Part shown: positions 1 through 9,701 of the stretch, piece by piece
How the letters are laid out: the number at the start of each line of letters is the position of its first letter
How positions within the stretch are numbered: the stretch's first letter is position 1
Source of the DNA: Pseudomonadota bacterium
GTDB taxonomy: Bacteria; Bdellovibrionota_B; Oligoflexia; Oligoflexales; CAIYRB01
Assembly: GCA_031416315.1 (NCBI GenBank)
Contig: JANOTL010000094.1
Location: 32,001 to 96,000, forward strand
Length of the DNA stretch: 64,000 nt
Reading direction: 5' to 3'
Made by a program: the position numbers and the translations under genes
The notes under the pieces: model-generated
The model's database searches: none
What the model was told of the DNA's origin: nothing
What the model saw: the letters and a program-made list of their open reading frames with translations, nothing else

Positions 1-963
1 AAGGCTTTGATCGACGACCTCCTTGATCTGGCGAAGCTCGACGCCGCGAAATTCGGCTTCGTTTGGCGCGAGGAGGCGCTGGTGCCCTTGTTCGAGGCGG
101 CGATCGACGTCGCGCAGCCGGCATTCAGGTCGAAAGGCGTCGCCTTGACGTCGTGCTTTGCCACCGATCTGCCGCCGACGCTCGAAAGCGACCGGCAGCG
201 CGTACGGCAGGTGCTCGACAATCTTCTCAGCAATGCGCTGAAGTTTACCGATGCGGGCGGTCACGTCCGCATGAACGTGGCCGTCGATCGAAGGGCGTCC
301 GCCTTGGTCGTAACCGTCGCGGACGACGGCTGCGGAATCGCCGCGGCCGCTCATGACCGGCTTTTTCTGCCATTTTCCCAGGTCGGCGGTGGCGGCCAAG
401 GCGGAACCGGGCTCGGATTGAGCCTCGCCCGTCGTCTCGCCGAGGGGCTCGGCGGCGAGCTCGAGCTGGTCTCCAGCGCCCCCGGCCGCGGCTCGGTCTT
501 TCGGTTCACGCTCGCGACCTCGGCGCCGGTCTTGTCCGTCGCCGGCTCACTTGCCGGTCTGCGCGTCCTTCTGATCGATGACTCGCATGACGCCTGCCTC
601 GTGTCCCGCAAGATGCTGGAGGCAGACGGTGCGGTCGTCGAGAGCGCCGGCGATGGGCGCCGTGGCGTCGAGATGGCGCTCTCGGAGCGCTTCGATGCGG
701 CCGTTCTCGACCTCGAGATGCCGGGCATGGGTGGTCTAGAGGCAGCACGCACTTTGCGCCGAAGCGGCTCGGTGCTGCCACTGCTCGCGCTGACGGCGCA
801 CCGCAATGGCGTCGTGGAGACGGTTTGCCGCGAAGCCGGTTTCCGCCAGGTGCTGAGCAAGCCCGTCTCCCGCGAGGAGCTGGCGCGAGCCGTCGTCGCT
901 GCCGGCGGAAAGGCCACCGCGAAGAACACGGTAAGCGGGGCGGAACGCGGCAATGGCAGCTGA
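1..963 (+). CDS. Hybrid sensor histidine kinase/response regulator, 5'-truncated by window edge (HATPase + REC)
   Basis: LDNLLSNALKFT N-box, DDGCG G1, GTGLGL G2, then REC (LIDD...LDLEMP...KP); frame open from base 1. Confidence 0.9.
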   Translation, partial: KALIDDLLDLAKLDAAKFGFVWREEALVPLFEAAIDVAQPAFRSKGVALTSCFATDLPPTLESDRQRVRQVLDNLLSNALKFTDAGGHVRMNVAVDRRASALVVTVADDGCGIAAAAHDRLFLPFSQVGGGGQGGTGLGLSLARRLAEGLGGELELVSSAPGRGSVFRFTLATSAPVLSVAGSLAGLRVLLIDDSHDACLVSRKMLEADGAVVESAGDGRRGVEMALSERFDAAVLDLEMPGMGGLEAARTLRRSGSVLPLLALTAHRNGVVETVCREAGFRQVLSKPVSREELARAVVAAGGKATAKNTVSGAERGNGS

Positions 964-1010
964 GGCGAAGGTTCGAGGATGCTTTCACCGCCGAGGAGAC
1001 GTCGCAAGTC

Positions 1011-1955
1011 ATGGTTAACAAGCCGAACGTGCCGGAGGGACGGAAAATCGTAGGCGCCCCCCTGCGCGCTAAGCTCGCGAGCTTCGCGCGGCACTTGCCG
1101 GTGTTGCCGGTCGTCGCGCGCGAGCTCGAGGCGCTACGGGAGGCTCACGACCCGACGGTCGTCGAGCGTGTCGAGCGTCTGGGCGGCATCGATCCAACTT
1201 TAGCCTTGCGCATCCTCTTCCTCGCGCGTCGACGCCTGTTGCCTTCGACCCGGGTGATCACCTTGCCTCACCTGATGGCGCGCGTCGGTGCGGACGCCAT
1301 CGTCGAGGACCTACGCACGATCACCGACGCGTCCGGGTCGGACTTGCCCGTCGCGGCGCAAAGCCTGTGGCTCCATTCTATCCAGGTCGCGATCGCGGCC
1401 AAGTACTTCGCCAATTCGCTTTCGGCTTTCGGGGTTCAGGGAGACGAAGCCTACCTTTGCGGCCTTCTGCACGACGCCGGCCGCTTCATCGAGCTCGCGG
1501 AAGATCCGGCGCGGTTCCAGTTCGTCGAGGCGAAACGCGGCGAGACGGCGGACGAGCTGACGCGGTCCGAGGCTTCCGTTTTCGGCATCGATCACGCCGA
1601 GATCGGCTCGGTCGCCTGCGCTCTTTGGGGCTTGCCTGCCCGCCTCGCGACGGCGATCGGCCGCCATCACGGCGATGCGGTCGTCCCGGAGGGGATCGAC
1701 GCGCGCACTCTCCATCTTTTACGGATCATCATCCTGGCCGATGCGACGAGTTTCGCGTTGATGGACCATGCCGACCTGCCGACCTACGATGCGTCTAGTC
1801 GTGCGCTGGCCTTCGAACAGCACGGCGTCGACCGGGCGGCTCACGCTCTCGGTTTGACCGTCGGCGCCGTGAGCATCACCCTCTCGGCGCTGCGCTACAA
1901 GAGCGCTGCGCTCGTTCTCGAGCTGTTCGCACCTTCGGAAAGACACGCGCTTTGA
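1011..1955 (+). CDS. HDOD domain-containing protein
   Basis: LPVLP, DPTLALRIL, WLHS, AYLCGLLHDAG, FGIDHAEIG, W.LP...AIGRHH; ATG at 1011 after GAGGAG. Confidence 0.85.
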   Translation: MVNKPNVPEGRKIVGAPLRAKLASFARHLPVLPVVARELEALREAHDPTVVERVERLGGIDPTLALRILFLARRRLLPSTRVITLPHLMARVGADAIVEDLRTITDASGSDLPVAAQSLWLHSIQVAIAAKYFANSLSAFGVQGDEAYLCGLLHDAGRFIELAEDPARFQFVEAKRGETADELTRSEASVFGIDHAEIGSVACALWGLPARLATAIGRHHGDAVVPEGIDARTLHLLRIIILADATSFALMDHADLPTYDASSRALAFEQHGVDRAAHALGLTVGAVSITLSALRYKSAALVLELFAPSERHAL

Positions 1956-3052
1956 GCGAAGACGCCATGTTTCGCAGCCTGCTTGAAGCGTCGCCGGACG
2001 GGATCCTGATCGTCGAGTGCGATGGTCTAATCAGCTTGGCGAATCCGCAGTGCGAGAAGCTGTTCGGCTTCCGCGTCGACGAGCTCGTCGGCCAGCCGCT
2101 CGAGATGCTCGTTCCTCGCTACGTTCGCGCGCAGCACGCGGGTCTTCGTGAGGGTTTCTTCGCCAACATGACCTCGCGACCGATGGGCGTCGGCCTGGAG
2201 CTCGTCGCCGAGCGCAAGGACGGCTCTTGGATCCCTGTCGAGATCTGCCTCAATTCATTCGCGCGGGAGGGACAGCGTCCCGCGGCGATCGCGATCGTTC
2301 GGGACACGAGCGAGCCGCGGCGCGTCGATCGGGAGATTCGACGGTTCAACGAAGAGCTCCGGCGCTCGAACGAGGAGCTCGAGAACTTCGCGTTTGTGGC
2401 GTCGCATGACCTGCAGGAACCGCTCCGGATGGTCTCGGGTTACGTGCAGCTTTTGGCGAGCCGAAACAAGGAAACACTGGACGCCGCGTCGAAGGAGTAC
2501 GTCGCGTTCGCGGTGGACGGCGTCAAACGCATGCAGGACTTGATCCGCGATCTTTTGAGTTACGCCAGAGTGGGGACGCGGTCCCAGGCTTTCGCAACCT
2601 TCGATCCAGCGGCCGCGGTCGCCATGGCGCTACGCAACCTCGGCGCGATGATTGAGCGATCTGGCGCCAACGTGAGAGTCGACGCGATGCCCGCGCGCGC
2701 CTACGGCGACGAGAGGCAGATTGTGCAAGTCCTTCAAAACCTCGTCGGCAACGCGCTGAAGTTCCATCGCCCGGGCGTTCAGCCGCAGATCTCGATCAGC
2801 GCGGAGATCGTGGAAGGCGAGCTTCGCGTCTCGGTCGCCGACAAAGGGATGGGCATCGAGGCGGCCTACGCCGAGAAGGTCTTCGTGATCTTCCAACGGT
2901 TGAACGGCCGTGACGATTATCCGGGGACCGGCATCGGCCTCGCGATCGCGAAAAAGGTGGTCGAGCGGCACGGTGGGACGATCTGGTTCGACTCGACCTT
3001 GGGGGAGGGCGCGACGTTCCATTTCACCCTCCCACTCGGCGATGAGAGCTAG
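1952..3052 (+). CDS. PAS sensor histidine kinase (Cph1-like kinase core)
   Basis: PAS (LEASPDG...RKDG...PVEI), ASHDLQEPLR H-box, NALKF, GTGIGL; start may be ATG 1967. Confidence 0.92.
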   Translation: MSEDAMFRSLLEASPDGILIVECDGLISLANPQCEKLFGFRVDELVGQPLEMLVPRYVRAQHAGLREGFFANMTSRPMGVGLELVAERKDGSWIPVEICLNSFAREGQRPAAIAIVRDTSEPRRVDREIRRFNEELRRSNEELENFAFVASHDLQEPLRMVSGYVQLLASRNKETLDAASKEYVAFAVDGVKRMQDLIRDLLSYARVGTRSQAFATFDPAAAVAMALRNLGAMIERSGANVRVDAMPARAYGDERQIVQVLQNLVGNALKFHRPGVQPQISISAEIVEGELRVSVADKGMGIEAAYAEKVFVIFQRLNGRDDYPGTGIGLAIAKKVVERHGGTIWFDSTLGEGATFHFTLPLGDES

Positions 3053-4308
3053 AGATACGCTGCCTGCCGCGCTTGCCACAGCAAGCGCTCCCTGGCGTCC
3101 GCCGGCGCCAGCGCCACCATGGCCCGCACGCGCCCTTCGACCGACTTGCCGCCGAGCATCGCGACGCCGTGCTCGGTCACGATCGTGTCGACGTCGTTGC
3201 GGCTGATGCTTACTTTGGCGCCGGGCTTGAGCTCGAAGACGATCTTCGACGTGCCGTCGCGTGTGGAGCTGCGGAGCGCGACGATGCCGCGGCCTCCCGT
3301 CGAGCGCTGGGCGCCGATGTGCGTCTCGGCCGCCCCGCCCACGCCGCTCAGCTCGTCGTGACCGATCGACTCGGAGCATACTTGCCCGGTCAGATCGACT
3401 TCGACCGCCGTGTTCACCGACACCATCGCGTAGTTGCGGCCGATACGGTAGGGATCGTTTACGACCGAGGATGGCTGGAGCTCGACGATCGGGTTGGCGT
3501 GCAGGAATTCGTAGAGCGCGGCCGAGCCATAGGCGAACGAGCCGACGACCTTTCCCGGCCAGAGCGTTTTGCGTCGGCCGGTTACGACGCCTTGGAGGCA
3601 GAGCTCCATGATCGTGTCGTTGATCATCTCGGTGTGCACGCCGAGGTCGCGCTTGGCCGAGAGCGCGCGCCCGAGCGCGTTCGGAATGCCGCCGATCCCG
3701 AGTTGGATCGTGCTGCCGTCTTTGATCAAGGCGGCGACGTGGCCGGCGATTTGATGCTCCTCTGCGCTCGGCTCGACTCTGGTGACGGTCGGCAAGGCGT
3801 GCGGCGCCTCGACGAAGGCGTCCACCAAGCCGATTGGAACGTGGGTCGCGCCGAAGGTCACCGGCATGTTGGGATTGATCTCGAGGATCACGGCGCGGGC
3901 GCAGCGCAGGATCTCCGGCTCGTAACACGCTCCCGGCCCGAGGCTGACGAAACCGCGTTCGTCGGGGGGCGTACAACTCCCCCAAAAAATCGGCGCCGGG
4001 TCCTGCAGCAGGAGGTTGCGGACCCATTGCGACAGATGCTGGGGAACGTAGTGCACTCGATCCTGTCCTTGGCGACGGCGCATCGCCGCCGTGAGGAACA
4101 TGACGCGGATCTCGAGGCGTCCGGCCAACTCCGCGTCGCCGAAACATGGGTAGTCCCGCGTGGGGTTCGCACAGTGAAGCCGCACCCCGCTCAGGGAGCG
4201 GCAGCGCGCGCCGATCGCGCTAAGGAAGGCCTGGGGCTCCGCAGCCGCCATCGAGGCGACGACCGTAGAGCCCGACTCGACGAAACCCAGCGCCTGTTCG
4301 ATCGGCAT
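3049..4308 (-). CDS. Acetyl-CoA hydrolase/transferase (4-hydroxybutyrate CoA-transferase family)
   Basis: IKDGSTIQLGIGGIPNA, LGVHTEM, EVDLTGQVCSES, SGVGG, VTEHG; start taken at ATG 4308. Confidence 0.9.
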   Translation of the reverse strand: MPIEQALGFVESGSTVVASMAAAEPQAFLSAIGARCRSLSGVRLHCANPTRDYPCFGDAELAGRLEIRVMFLTAAMRRRQGQDRVHYVPQHLSQWVRNLLLQDPAPIFWGSCTPPDERGFVSLGPGACYEPEILRCARAVILEINPNMPVTFGATHVPIGLVDAFVEAPHALPTVTRVEPSAEEHQIAGHVAALIKDGSTIQLGIGGIPNALGRALSAKRDLGVHTEMINDTIMELCLQGVVTGRRKTLWPGKVVGSFAYGSAALYEFLHANPIVELQPSSVVNDPYRIGRNYAMVSVNTAVEVDLTGQVCSESIGHDELSGVGGAAETHIGAQRSTGGRGIVALRSSTRDGTSKIVFELKPGAKVSISRNDVDTIVTEHGVAMLGGKSVEGRVRAMVALAPADARERLLWQARQAAYL

Positions 4309-4337
4309 GGTGGCAATGCGGCTTATGACACGTCTCC

Positions 4338-4353
4338 TGCGTGAAATGACACT
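4338..4353. promoter_or_regulatory. Island palindromic box (TGCGTGAAATGACACT)
   Basis: Matches recurring TGCGYSA-NN-TSRCGCA; 9 nt upstream of sigma-54 GG at 4363. Confidence 0.65.
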
Positions 4354-4360
4354 GGCCGCC

Positions 4361-4377
4361 CTGGCCTCGTGCTTGCA
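4361..4377 (+). promoter_or_regulatory. Sigma-54 promoter of USP gene
   Basis: CTGGCCTCGTGCTTGCA, GG-N10-GC, 46 nt before ATG 4424. Confidence 0.75.
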
Positions 4378-4423
4378 AACCTGAACTCGATCCATTCCAG
4401 CTCGAGATTGCAAGGAGCTCACC

Positions 4424-5455
4424 ATGTCTTCCCCCTCGCTCAACCCTAAAGGCCTCGCCGTCGTCTGCGTGGCGTTCGACGATGAGACGCCCGCGCTCGT
4501 TGCCAGCGCGCTCGCGCTCGCGCGACGAACCGGCGTCGAGCTTCGGCTCGTGACCGTGCTCGAAAACATCTTCGACGAGACTTGGGTGCTCGATAGCCCA
4601 ATGTACGGCGTCTCGAGCAGTTTCCTCAGGAAGGCCCAGGATGAGACCCGGAATCAACGCAAGGAACAGATGCAGGCGCTCGTCTCGAGCCTGCCGTCGG
4701 ACGTACCGACCAGCTGGGGTATCCTTTCAGGTGACATAGCCCCCGCCGTCGTCGCCGATGCGCGCGCGCACGCCGCGAACTTCATCATGACGGCCGCCAA
4801 TCTCGAGACCTATGGATCGCTGATGCCCAAGGGCTTTTCCGTGGCCCTGCGCCTGATGGCGGAGGCGCCGTTGCCCGTGCTCGTCACCAGCCGCGCTCAC
4901 CCGCTCTGTTTCGACGCGGTAAAGCCGTTCTCGATCCTGTTTGCCGACGACCTGCAGGCGGGGACGGAGGAAGCGGCGCGAAAGGTGTTCGAGCTGGCCA
5001 CCTGCCTAGGGCGCAGCCGCGTTCGCCAGGTGCATGTGCACGGCGATTTTCGTGAAGTGTTGAAAGGAGCATGGCACGATCTGAAAGAGCGTCATCCCGC
5101 GCTTGGCGGCGCTGACGCGTCGCCGGATTCGTTCTTGCGCGCGGAGTACGACGCGCGTCTGACGGCGCTCAAGGCTCGCGGCGGCGCTCAGCGCCAGGCG
5201 GCGTTGGCCGCCGGCGCTACGATCGGTCTCGAGGTGCTCACCGGGAACGTCAACGAGGGTCTGCAGCAAGAGATCGAGGCGAACCCGCCCGACCTCGTCG
5301 TATTCGGACGTCACCAGGCCATGAAGGCGCGGCCGTACCTGATCGGCAGAGTCGGTTTGCGCGCGATGCTCGGAGCTCGGCGCGCGGTCCTCGTCGTACC
5401 GCCGCACGAGCAGCTCTACGCGCCGATGCCGTTTCCGGTGCGCCGGGACGCATAA
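4424..5455 (+). CDS. Tandem universal stress protein (paralogue 1)
   Basis: Two USP-like halves; ADDL, VHVH, DLVVFGRH, VLVVP; AAGGAG RBS. Confidence 0.85.
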   Translation: MSSPSLNPKGLAVVCVAFDDETPALVASALALARRTGVELRLVTVLENIFDETWVLDSPMYGVSSSFLRKAQDETRNQRKEQMQALVSSLPSDVPTSWGILSGDIAPAVVADARAHAANFIMTAANLETYGSLMPKGFSVALRLMAEAPLPVLVTSRAHPLCFDAVKPFSILFADDLQAGTEEAARKVFELATCLGRSRVRQVHVHGDFREVLKGAWHDLKERHPALGGADASPDSFLRAEYDARLTALKARGGAQRQAALAAGATIGLEVLTGNVNEGLQQEIEANPPDLVVFGRHQAMKARPYLIGRVGLRAMLGARRAVLVVPPHEQLYAPMPFPVRRDA

Positions 5456-5481
5456 GGCAGCGGCCCGGCGCACGCCGGGGC

Positions 5482-5949
5482 TCAGATCGCGGTCGCTCCC
5501 GGACGAGCGGCCGTGATCACAGCATAGTGAAAGGGAATCGGCTTCGTCATCGCCGCCCGCTCGTTGCTGCACAGGCACTCGATCAGATCCGACGAGGTGA
5601 CGAGGCCGACGAGGCCGTGCTTGTGGTCGACGATCGGGATCGAGTCGATCTTCATCTCGAGCATCAAGGCGCCGATCTCCGCCAGGGTCGCGCCGGTGTC
5701 TCGCGTCATCGGCTTCGCCGTCATGGCCTCCGCGACCGTCACCGCCTCGATCTCAAGGCCGTCTGCGTCCTTGCCGCGTCGCGCGTGCAAGAGAACGTCT
5801 CGGTCCGAGAGGATCCCGACAAGCAATCCCTCGCTGAGGACCGGCAGATGGCGTACCTGCCATTCGGTCATCAGCGCATAGGCGTCGACGAGGGTGTCTT
5901 CGGGACAGATGCAGATGACGTTACGGGTCATGATGCTGGTGGCTTTCAT
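5482..5949 (-). CDS. CBS-pair protein (paralogue 1)
   Basis: IMTRNV, VRHLPV, GILSDRD, IDSIPIVD...LVGLVTSSD; GAGGAG RBS before ATG 5949. Confidence 0.88.
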   Translation of the reverse strand: MKATSIMTRNVICICPEDTLVDAYALMTEWQVRHLPVLSEGLLVGILSDRDVLLHARRGKDADGLEIEAVTVAEAMTAKPMTRDTGATLAEIGALMLEMKIDSIPIVDHKHGLVGLVTSSDLIECLCSNERAAMTKPIPFHYAVITAARPGATAI

Positions 5950-5984
5950 CTTCCGGCTCCTCTTTGTGTGGACAGTCGAAGGGT

Positions 5985-6001
5985 TGCCAGAAGCGTTCCA
6001 C
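5985..6001 (-). promoter_or_regulatory. Sigma-54 promoter of CBS gene
   Basis: Minus strand GTGGAACGCTTCTGGCA, GG-N10-GC. Confidence 0.6.
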
Positions 6002-6008
6002 GACACCT

Positions 6009-6024
6009 TGCGCGATCTCGCGCA
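6009..6024. promoter_or_regulatory. Island palindromic box (TGCGCGATCTCGCGCA)
   Basis: Perfect palindrome (extends to TTGCGCGA-TC-TCGCGCAA) between divergent sigma-54 promoters, 9 and 19 nt from their GG. Confidence 0.75.
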
Positions 6025-6041
6025 AAGAACGCTTTCCGCAA

Positions 6042-6058
6042 ACGGCACGTGATTTGCT
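6042..6058 (+). promoter_or_regulatory. Sigma-54 promoter of GFDDND-1/papain unit
   Basis: ACGGCACGTGATTTGCT, near consensus. Confidence 0.8.
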
Positions 6059-6112
6059 TGGCAGATCGCGAAGTCTCGACTCACGTCCCCATTCGAACCG
6101 AGAGGAACTCTC

Positions 6113-6835
6113 ATGATTGCTGCGCGGCTGCTGACCCTGATGCTGGCTTCGACCGGATTCTCCACCGCCCTCGTCGCCGACGAGATCGTCGCCGTCGCCG
6201 CCGAGCGCGTCTTCGTACCGACTGGGTTCGACGACAATGACGACGTTGAGGTCGTGGTGGACGGCGTGTTTCCAGACACCTGCTATCACATCGTCCCCGG
6301 AACCTTCGAGGTCGACGTCGCGACCGGATCGGTGACCCTCTTCCCAAAGGCGCGTCGCTCGGATGCGCTGTGCCTGATGCTGCCGGTGCCCTACACTTAC
6401 GTCTTCAATCTCGGCAAGATGCCGATGGGCCGCTTCCGGGTGAAGACCTGGGACGGCGCTATCACCCGTGAGCTCCCCGTCGCCGAAGCCGCGAGCGGCG
6501 GCCCCGATAACGAGCTGTATGCCGCCATCGACAACGCGACCATCGAACGTCATCCCGACGGCACGATGCGCGTCGTTCTCGAGGGAATGTACACCAACAC
6601 CTGCATGGGCTGGGACCGGACGGAGGTGATCAACGCGAACGCCGAGGTCTTCGAGATCCTCCCGATCGTGAAGATCGCGGACCGTGCCGACTGCCGTAAC
6701 GAGAAGTTCCCGTTCAAAGGCGTCTCGGTCATTCTGCCGAACGTGCCGCCGGGGCGCTTTCTCGCTCACGTACGGGCGATGCACGGTGGTAGCGTCAACC
6801 GCGTGTTCACGGCCGAGCTTCCGACCCGTCGCTGA
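6113..6835 (+). CDS. Secreted two-domain 'GFDDND' protein of unknown function (paralogue 1)
   Basis: Signal peptide; FVPTGFDDNDD, FPDTCY, NTCM, HVRAMHGGSVNR; 4 conserved Cys shared with 3 other copies. Confidence 0.85.
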   Translation: MIAARLLTLMLASTGFSTALVADEIVAVAAERVFVPTGFDDNDDVEVVVDGVFPDTCYHIVPGTFEVDVATGSVTLFPKARRSDALCLMLPVPYTYVFNLGKMPMGRFRVKTWDGAITRELPVAEAASGGPDNELYAAIDNATIERHPDGTMRVVLEGMYTNTCMGWDRTEVINANAEVFEILPIVKIADRADCRNEKFPFKGVSVILPNVPPGRFLAHVRAMHGGSVNRVFTAELPTRR

Positions 6836-6847
6836 GATTGCGAGACT

Positions 6848-7861
6848 ATGACGAACCTGACTCCCCTGACTCCGTTCCCATGGCTCTTGATTTTAGGGCT
6901 CGGCGCGACCGCGACGGCGGTGAGCGCCGAGCCGCTCACGATGCAAACGCTGCGCAATGCGCTCTTGGAGCAAGGCGCCTCGTGGCAGCCAGCCGCGACG
7001 AGCTCGTTCGACCCGGCAGCCTTCGAGCGCTGGACTGGGCTGATTCCCGAAGTGGACGATCTCCCGCCCTTGGCCGCCGACGATGGCGGCGCCGCGGACA
7101 GCCGACTCGTAGGTCCTCGGCGCCTCGCACGCCGCAATCCGGGTGCTCCTGTGGCGCGACCCGCGCTCCCCGCGAGCCTAGATTGGCGCAACGCCGAGGG
7201 GGCCTCCTTCATGCCGCCGGCGACGACGGCCCAAGGAAGCTGCGGCAGCTGCGTGGCCTTTGCCGTACTTTCGACGCTCGAGGCTCGGCTCGGCATTGCA
7301 TGCAACGCGCCTCAGGAGCCGTTCGACTTGTCGCGGCAGTTTCTCTTCTCGTGCGGCGGCGGCTCCTGCCGCCAAGGCTTGCGCCTTTCGGCCGCCGTCG
7401 ACTTCTTGACTCGTTCCGGCGTCCCCGATACCGCCTGCATGCCCTATCGGGAAGAAGACGCGCCATGCGCCGAGGCCTGCGAGGACGTCTCCTCACGTCT
7501 CGTCGAGGGCATCGTTGCCGAGCGTCCGACCTCCGGCATCATCGACGTCGACGCGATCAAGCAAGCGCTTTTGCGCGGTCCGGTCGTCTCCAATATGATT
7601 CTGTACGAGGACCTGGCGCACTACGGCGGCGGCGTCTACCGCCACGTCGCCGGCGATCAGCTCGGCGCGCACGCCGTCGTCCTCGTCGGCTGGAGCGACG
7701 CCGACGCCGCTTGGATCGCCCGCAACAGCTGGGGCGACGGCTGGGGCGAGGGCGGCTACTTCAAGGTCGCGTGGGATGACGCGTCTCTTCCGGGCCGCTA
7801 CACCTGGGCTTTCGACGTGAGTGCGGCGGTTGGCGCAGGAAAGTGCGCGACGAGGCGTTGA
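6848..7861 (+). CDS. Secreted papain-family (C1A) cysteine peptidase
   Basis: LPASLDWR, QGSCGSCVAFA (Gln/Cys), HAVVLVGW (His), NSWG (Asn); signal peptide and short propeptide. Confidence 0.92.
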   Translation: MTNLTPLTPFPWLLILGLGATATAVSAEPLTMQTLRNALLEQGASWQPAATSSFDPAAFERWTGLIPEVDDLPPLAADDGGAADSRLVGPRRLARRNPGAPVARPALPASLDWRNAEGASFMPPATTAQGSCGSCVAFAVLSTLEARLGIACNAPQEPFDLSRQFLFSCGGGSCRQGLRLSAAVDFLTRSGVPDTACMPYREEDAPCAEACEDVSSRLVEGIVAERPTSGIIDVDAIKQALLRGPVVSNMILYEDLAHYGGGVYRHVAGDQLGAHAVVLVGWSDADAAWIARNSWGDGWGEGGYFKVAWDDASLPGRYTWAFDVSAAVGAGKCATRR

Positions 7862-7876
7862 GGGGCGCGCGAGACG

Positions 7877-7893
7877 ATGGCGCGAAAGTTGCT
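7877..7893 (+). promoter_or_regulatory. Sigma-54 promoter of GFDDND-2
   Basis: ATGGCGCGAAAGTTGCT; half-perfect box TGCGCGACGAGGCGTT at 7844-7859, 19 nt upstream of GG. Confidence 0.75.
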
Positions 7894-7932
7894 CTTTGGC
7901 AGTCGTACCAAACTTCTGGAGGAACCTGGTCG

Positions 7933-8655
7933 ATGCTCAAGCTCATCTCGCTCTCCGCTCTTGGAATCGCCGCGGTCGCGATTCCCGCCCTCGCCGATAT
8001 GGAGCCCCGCGGAATGCCGGTCCTCGTGGACGTCAAGAGCGTTTACGTCCCGAACGGCTTCGACGACAACGACGAGGTTCAGCTGATGGTCGAGGGCACC
8101 TTGCCCAACACCTGCTACCGCATCTCGAAGACCGAGTCGACCTACGACGACGCGACCAAGACCGTGACCATTAAGCAGTGGGCGCGGAAATTCCGCGCGA
8201 GCTGCCTCGAGATCGCCGTCCCGTTCTCGCTCGAGGTCGACCTCGGCCAGCTGCCCTACGGTGAATTCACCGTGGCGGCCCGCGGCGCGGCGCCGGAGAA
8301 ACTCGTCGTCGCCGAAGCGAGCTCCGCCGGCCCCGATGAATACCTCTACGCTCCGATCGAGAGCATCACCATCTCTGGCGGTGACGGGGCGACACGCCGG
8401 GGCACGCTCGAGGGCCGTTTCGTGAGCTCTTGTATGCGTCTCAAAGAGGTTCGCGTCATCGACTCGGGCAAGACCGTGGAAGTGCTCCCGATCGCCGAGA
8501 TGGCCGAGGGCGAAGATTGCGTCAGCGGCGAGACGCCCTTTACGCAAGACTTCGACCTCCCGGCTGAATTGGCGCCCGGCCGTCACTTGCTGCACGTGCG
8601 CAGCCTGAACGGCAAGGCGTTGAATCAGATGTTCGTGATTGAATCGGTGCCGTGA
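7933..8655 (+). CDS. Secreted two-domain 'GFDDND' protein (paralogue 2)
   Basis: GGAGG RBS, signal peptide, YVPNGFDDNDE, LPNTCY, SSCM, GRHLLHVRSLNG. Confidence 0.88.
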   Translation: MLKLISLSALGIAAVAIPALADMEPRGMPVLVDVKSVYVPNGFDDNDEVQLMVEGTLPNTCYRISKTESTYDDATKTVTIKQWARKFRASCLEIAVPFSLEVDLGQLPYGEFTVAARGAAPEKLVVAEASSAGPDEYLYAPIESITISGGDGATRRGTLEGRFVSSCMRLKEVRVIDSGKTVEVLPIAEMAEGEDCVSGETPFTQDFDLPAELAPGRHLLHVRSLNGKALNQMFVIESVP

Positions 8656-8661
8656 GCCCTT

Positions 8662-8710
8662 ATACGCCCGCCGTTCGAATCCGTTAGCCGGAACCGGAAG
8701 GCGGGCGTAT
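8662..8710. terminator. Inverted repeat between convergent genes, possible bidirectional terminator
   Basis: ATACGCCCGCC...GGCGGGCGTAT, 11-bp arms, 27-nt loop, no U-tract. Confidence 0.4.
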
Positions 8711-8717
8711 GAGCCCC

Positions 8718-9701
8718 TCATAAGCTCGGCACTACCAGGACCGGCCGCTTGAAAGCGAGCATCGAGCGTATCGGCAACCGCCCGAACGCAAACGGCTGGT
8801 GGTGCAGCGCCCGGTGGCGTCCGAAGACGATGACGTCCGGCGCGAGGCTCGTCACGACGTTCGTGAGCTCCGGGCGCACGCCGCCGGCGGTCACCTCGCT
8901 GGTGTAGCGGCCGCCGCCGGCCTCGATGTACTCGCGGTCGTCGCTGAACCGGGCCTCGAGCTTCGCGATCTGCTCGCGGTGCACGGCGTCGAAGACGGCG
9001 CGCGATTCGTCGCCGTCCAAGGCGACGTGCGCGGAGGCGGCGACGTTCTTGAGCGCGACCGCGAGCGTTTCCTGGTTGAAGGCGCTGACGTGGACGTGAT
9101 GCACCCAGGCTTGCCCGAGCCCGTCCGCAAGCGCGGCCGCGTACTCTACTGCCGTAATCGCTTGGTCGGTCAGGTCGTCGGCCACGAGGATTCGCATGCC
9201 CGTGCCGACCTCCGGCGCATGCGTGCCAGGGTCGACGGCGAGCACCGGAATCGGCGAGCCCGCCAGCAAAGAGACGGCGGTCGAGAGTCCTGCGAAGGGT
9301 CCACGACCCGCATTCCCGTCGACGGCGACCACGAGCAACATCGCTCCGAGGCCGGCCGCCTCGGTCCCGAGCGTCGCCGCGACCGGACCGACCGTGACCG
9401 AGCTCGTGACCTCCAGGCCTTTCGGCAAAGACTGCGCGATCTCGGACAAGCGCTCCATCGCCACCGATCTCGCGGAGCTTTCGACCGCAGGGAATGCGTC
9501 CCATAGCGGGGACGGGGTGGTCTGCGAGAAGGCGGGCACGCCGCTCGCCCAGGCGTCGACGACGTGCATCAGCGCGAGCCGCTTGCCGAGCTTCTGCGCG
9601 AGTCCCCCGGCAATTTTGACCAGCGCTTCCGTGTGGCGGTCGAAGCCGACGGCGACGGCGATCGTCGAATGGGACGAAAAATAGGGCACGTGCTTAGTCA
9701 A
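8718..9701 (-). CDS. Tandem universal stress protein (paralogue 2)
   Basis: AVGFD, LMHVV, VADDL, HVHV, DVIVFGRH, PVLVVP; TTG start after GAGGAG. Confidence 0.85.
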   Translation of the reverse strand: MTKHVPYFSSHSTIAVAVGFDRHTEALVKIAGGLAQKLGKRLALMHVVDAWASGVPAFSQTTPSPLWDAFPAVESSARSVAMERLSEIAQSLPKGLEVTSSVTVGPVAATLGTEAAGLGAMLLVVAVDGNAGRGPFAGLSTAVSLLAGSPIPVLAVDPGTHAPEVGTGMRILVADDLTDQAITAVEYAAALADGLGQAWVHHVHVSAFNQETLAVALKNVAASAHVALDGDESRAVFDAVHREQIAKLEARFSDDREYIEAGGGRYTSEVTAGGVRPELTNVVTSLAPDVIVFGRHRALHHQPFAFGRLPIRSMLAFKRPVLVVPSL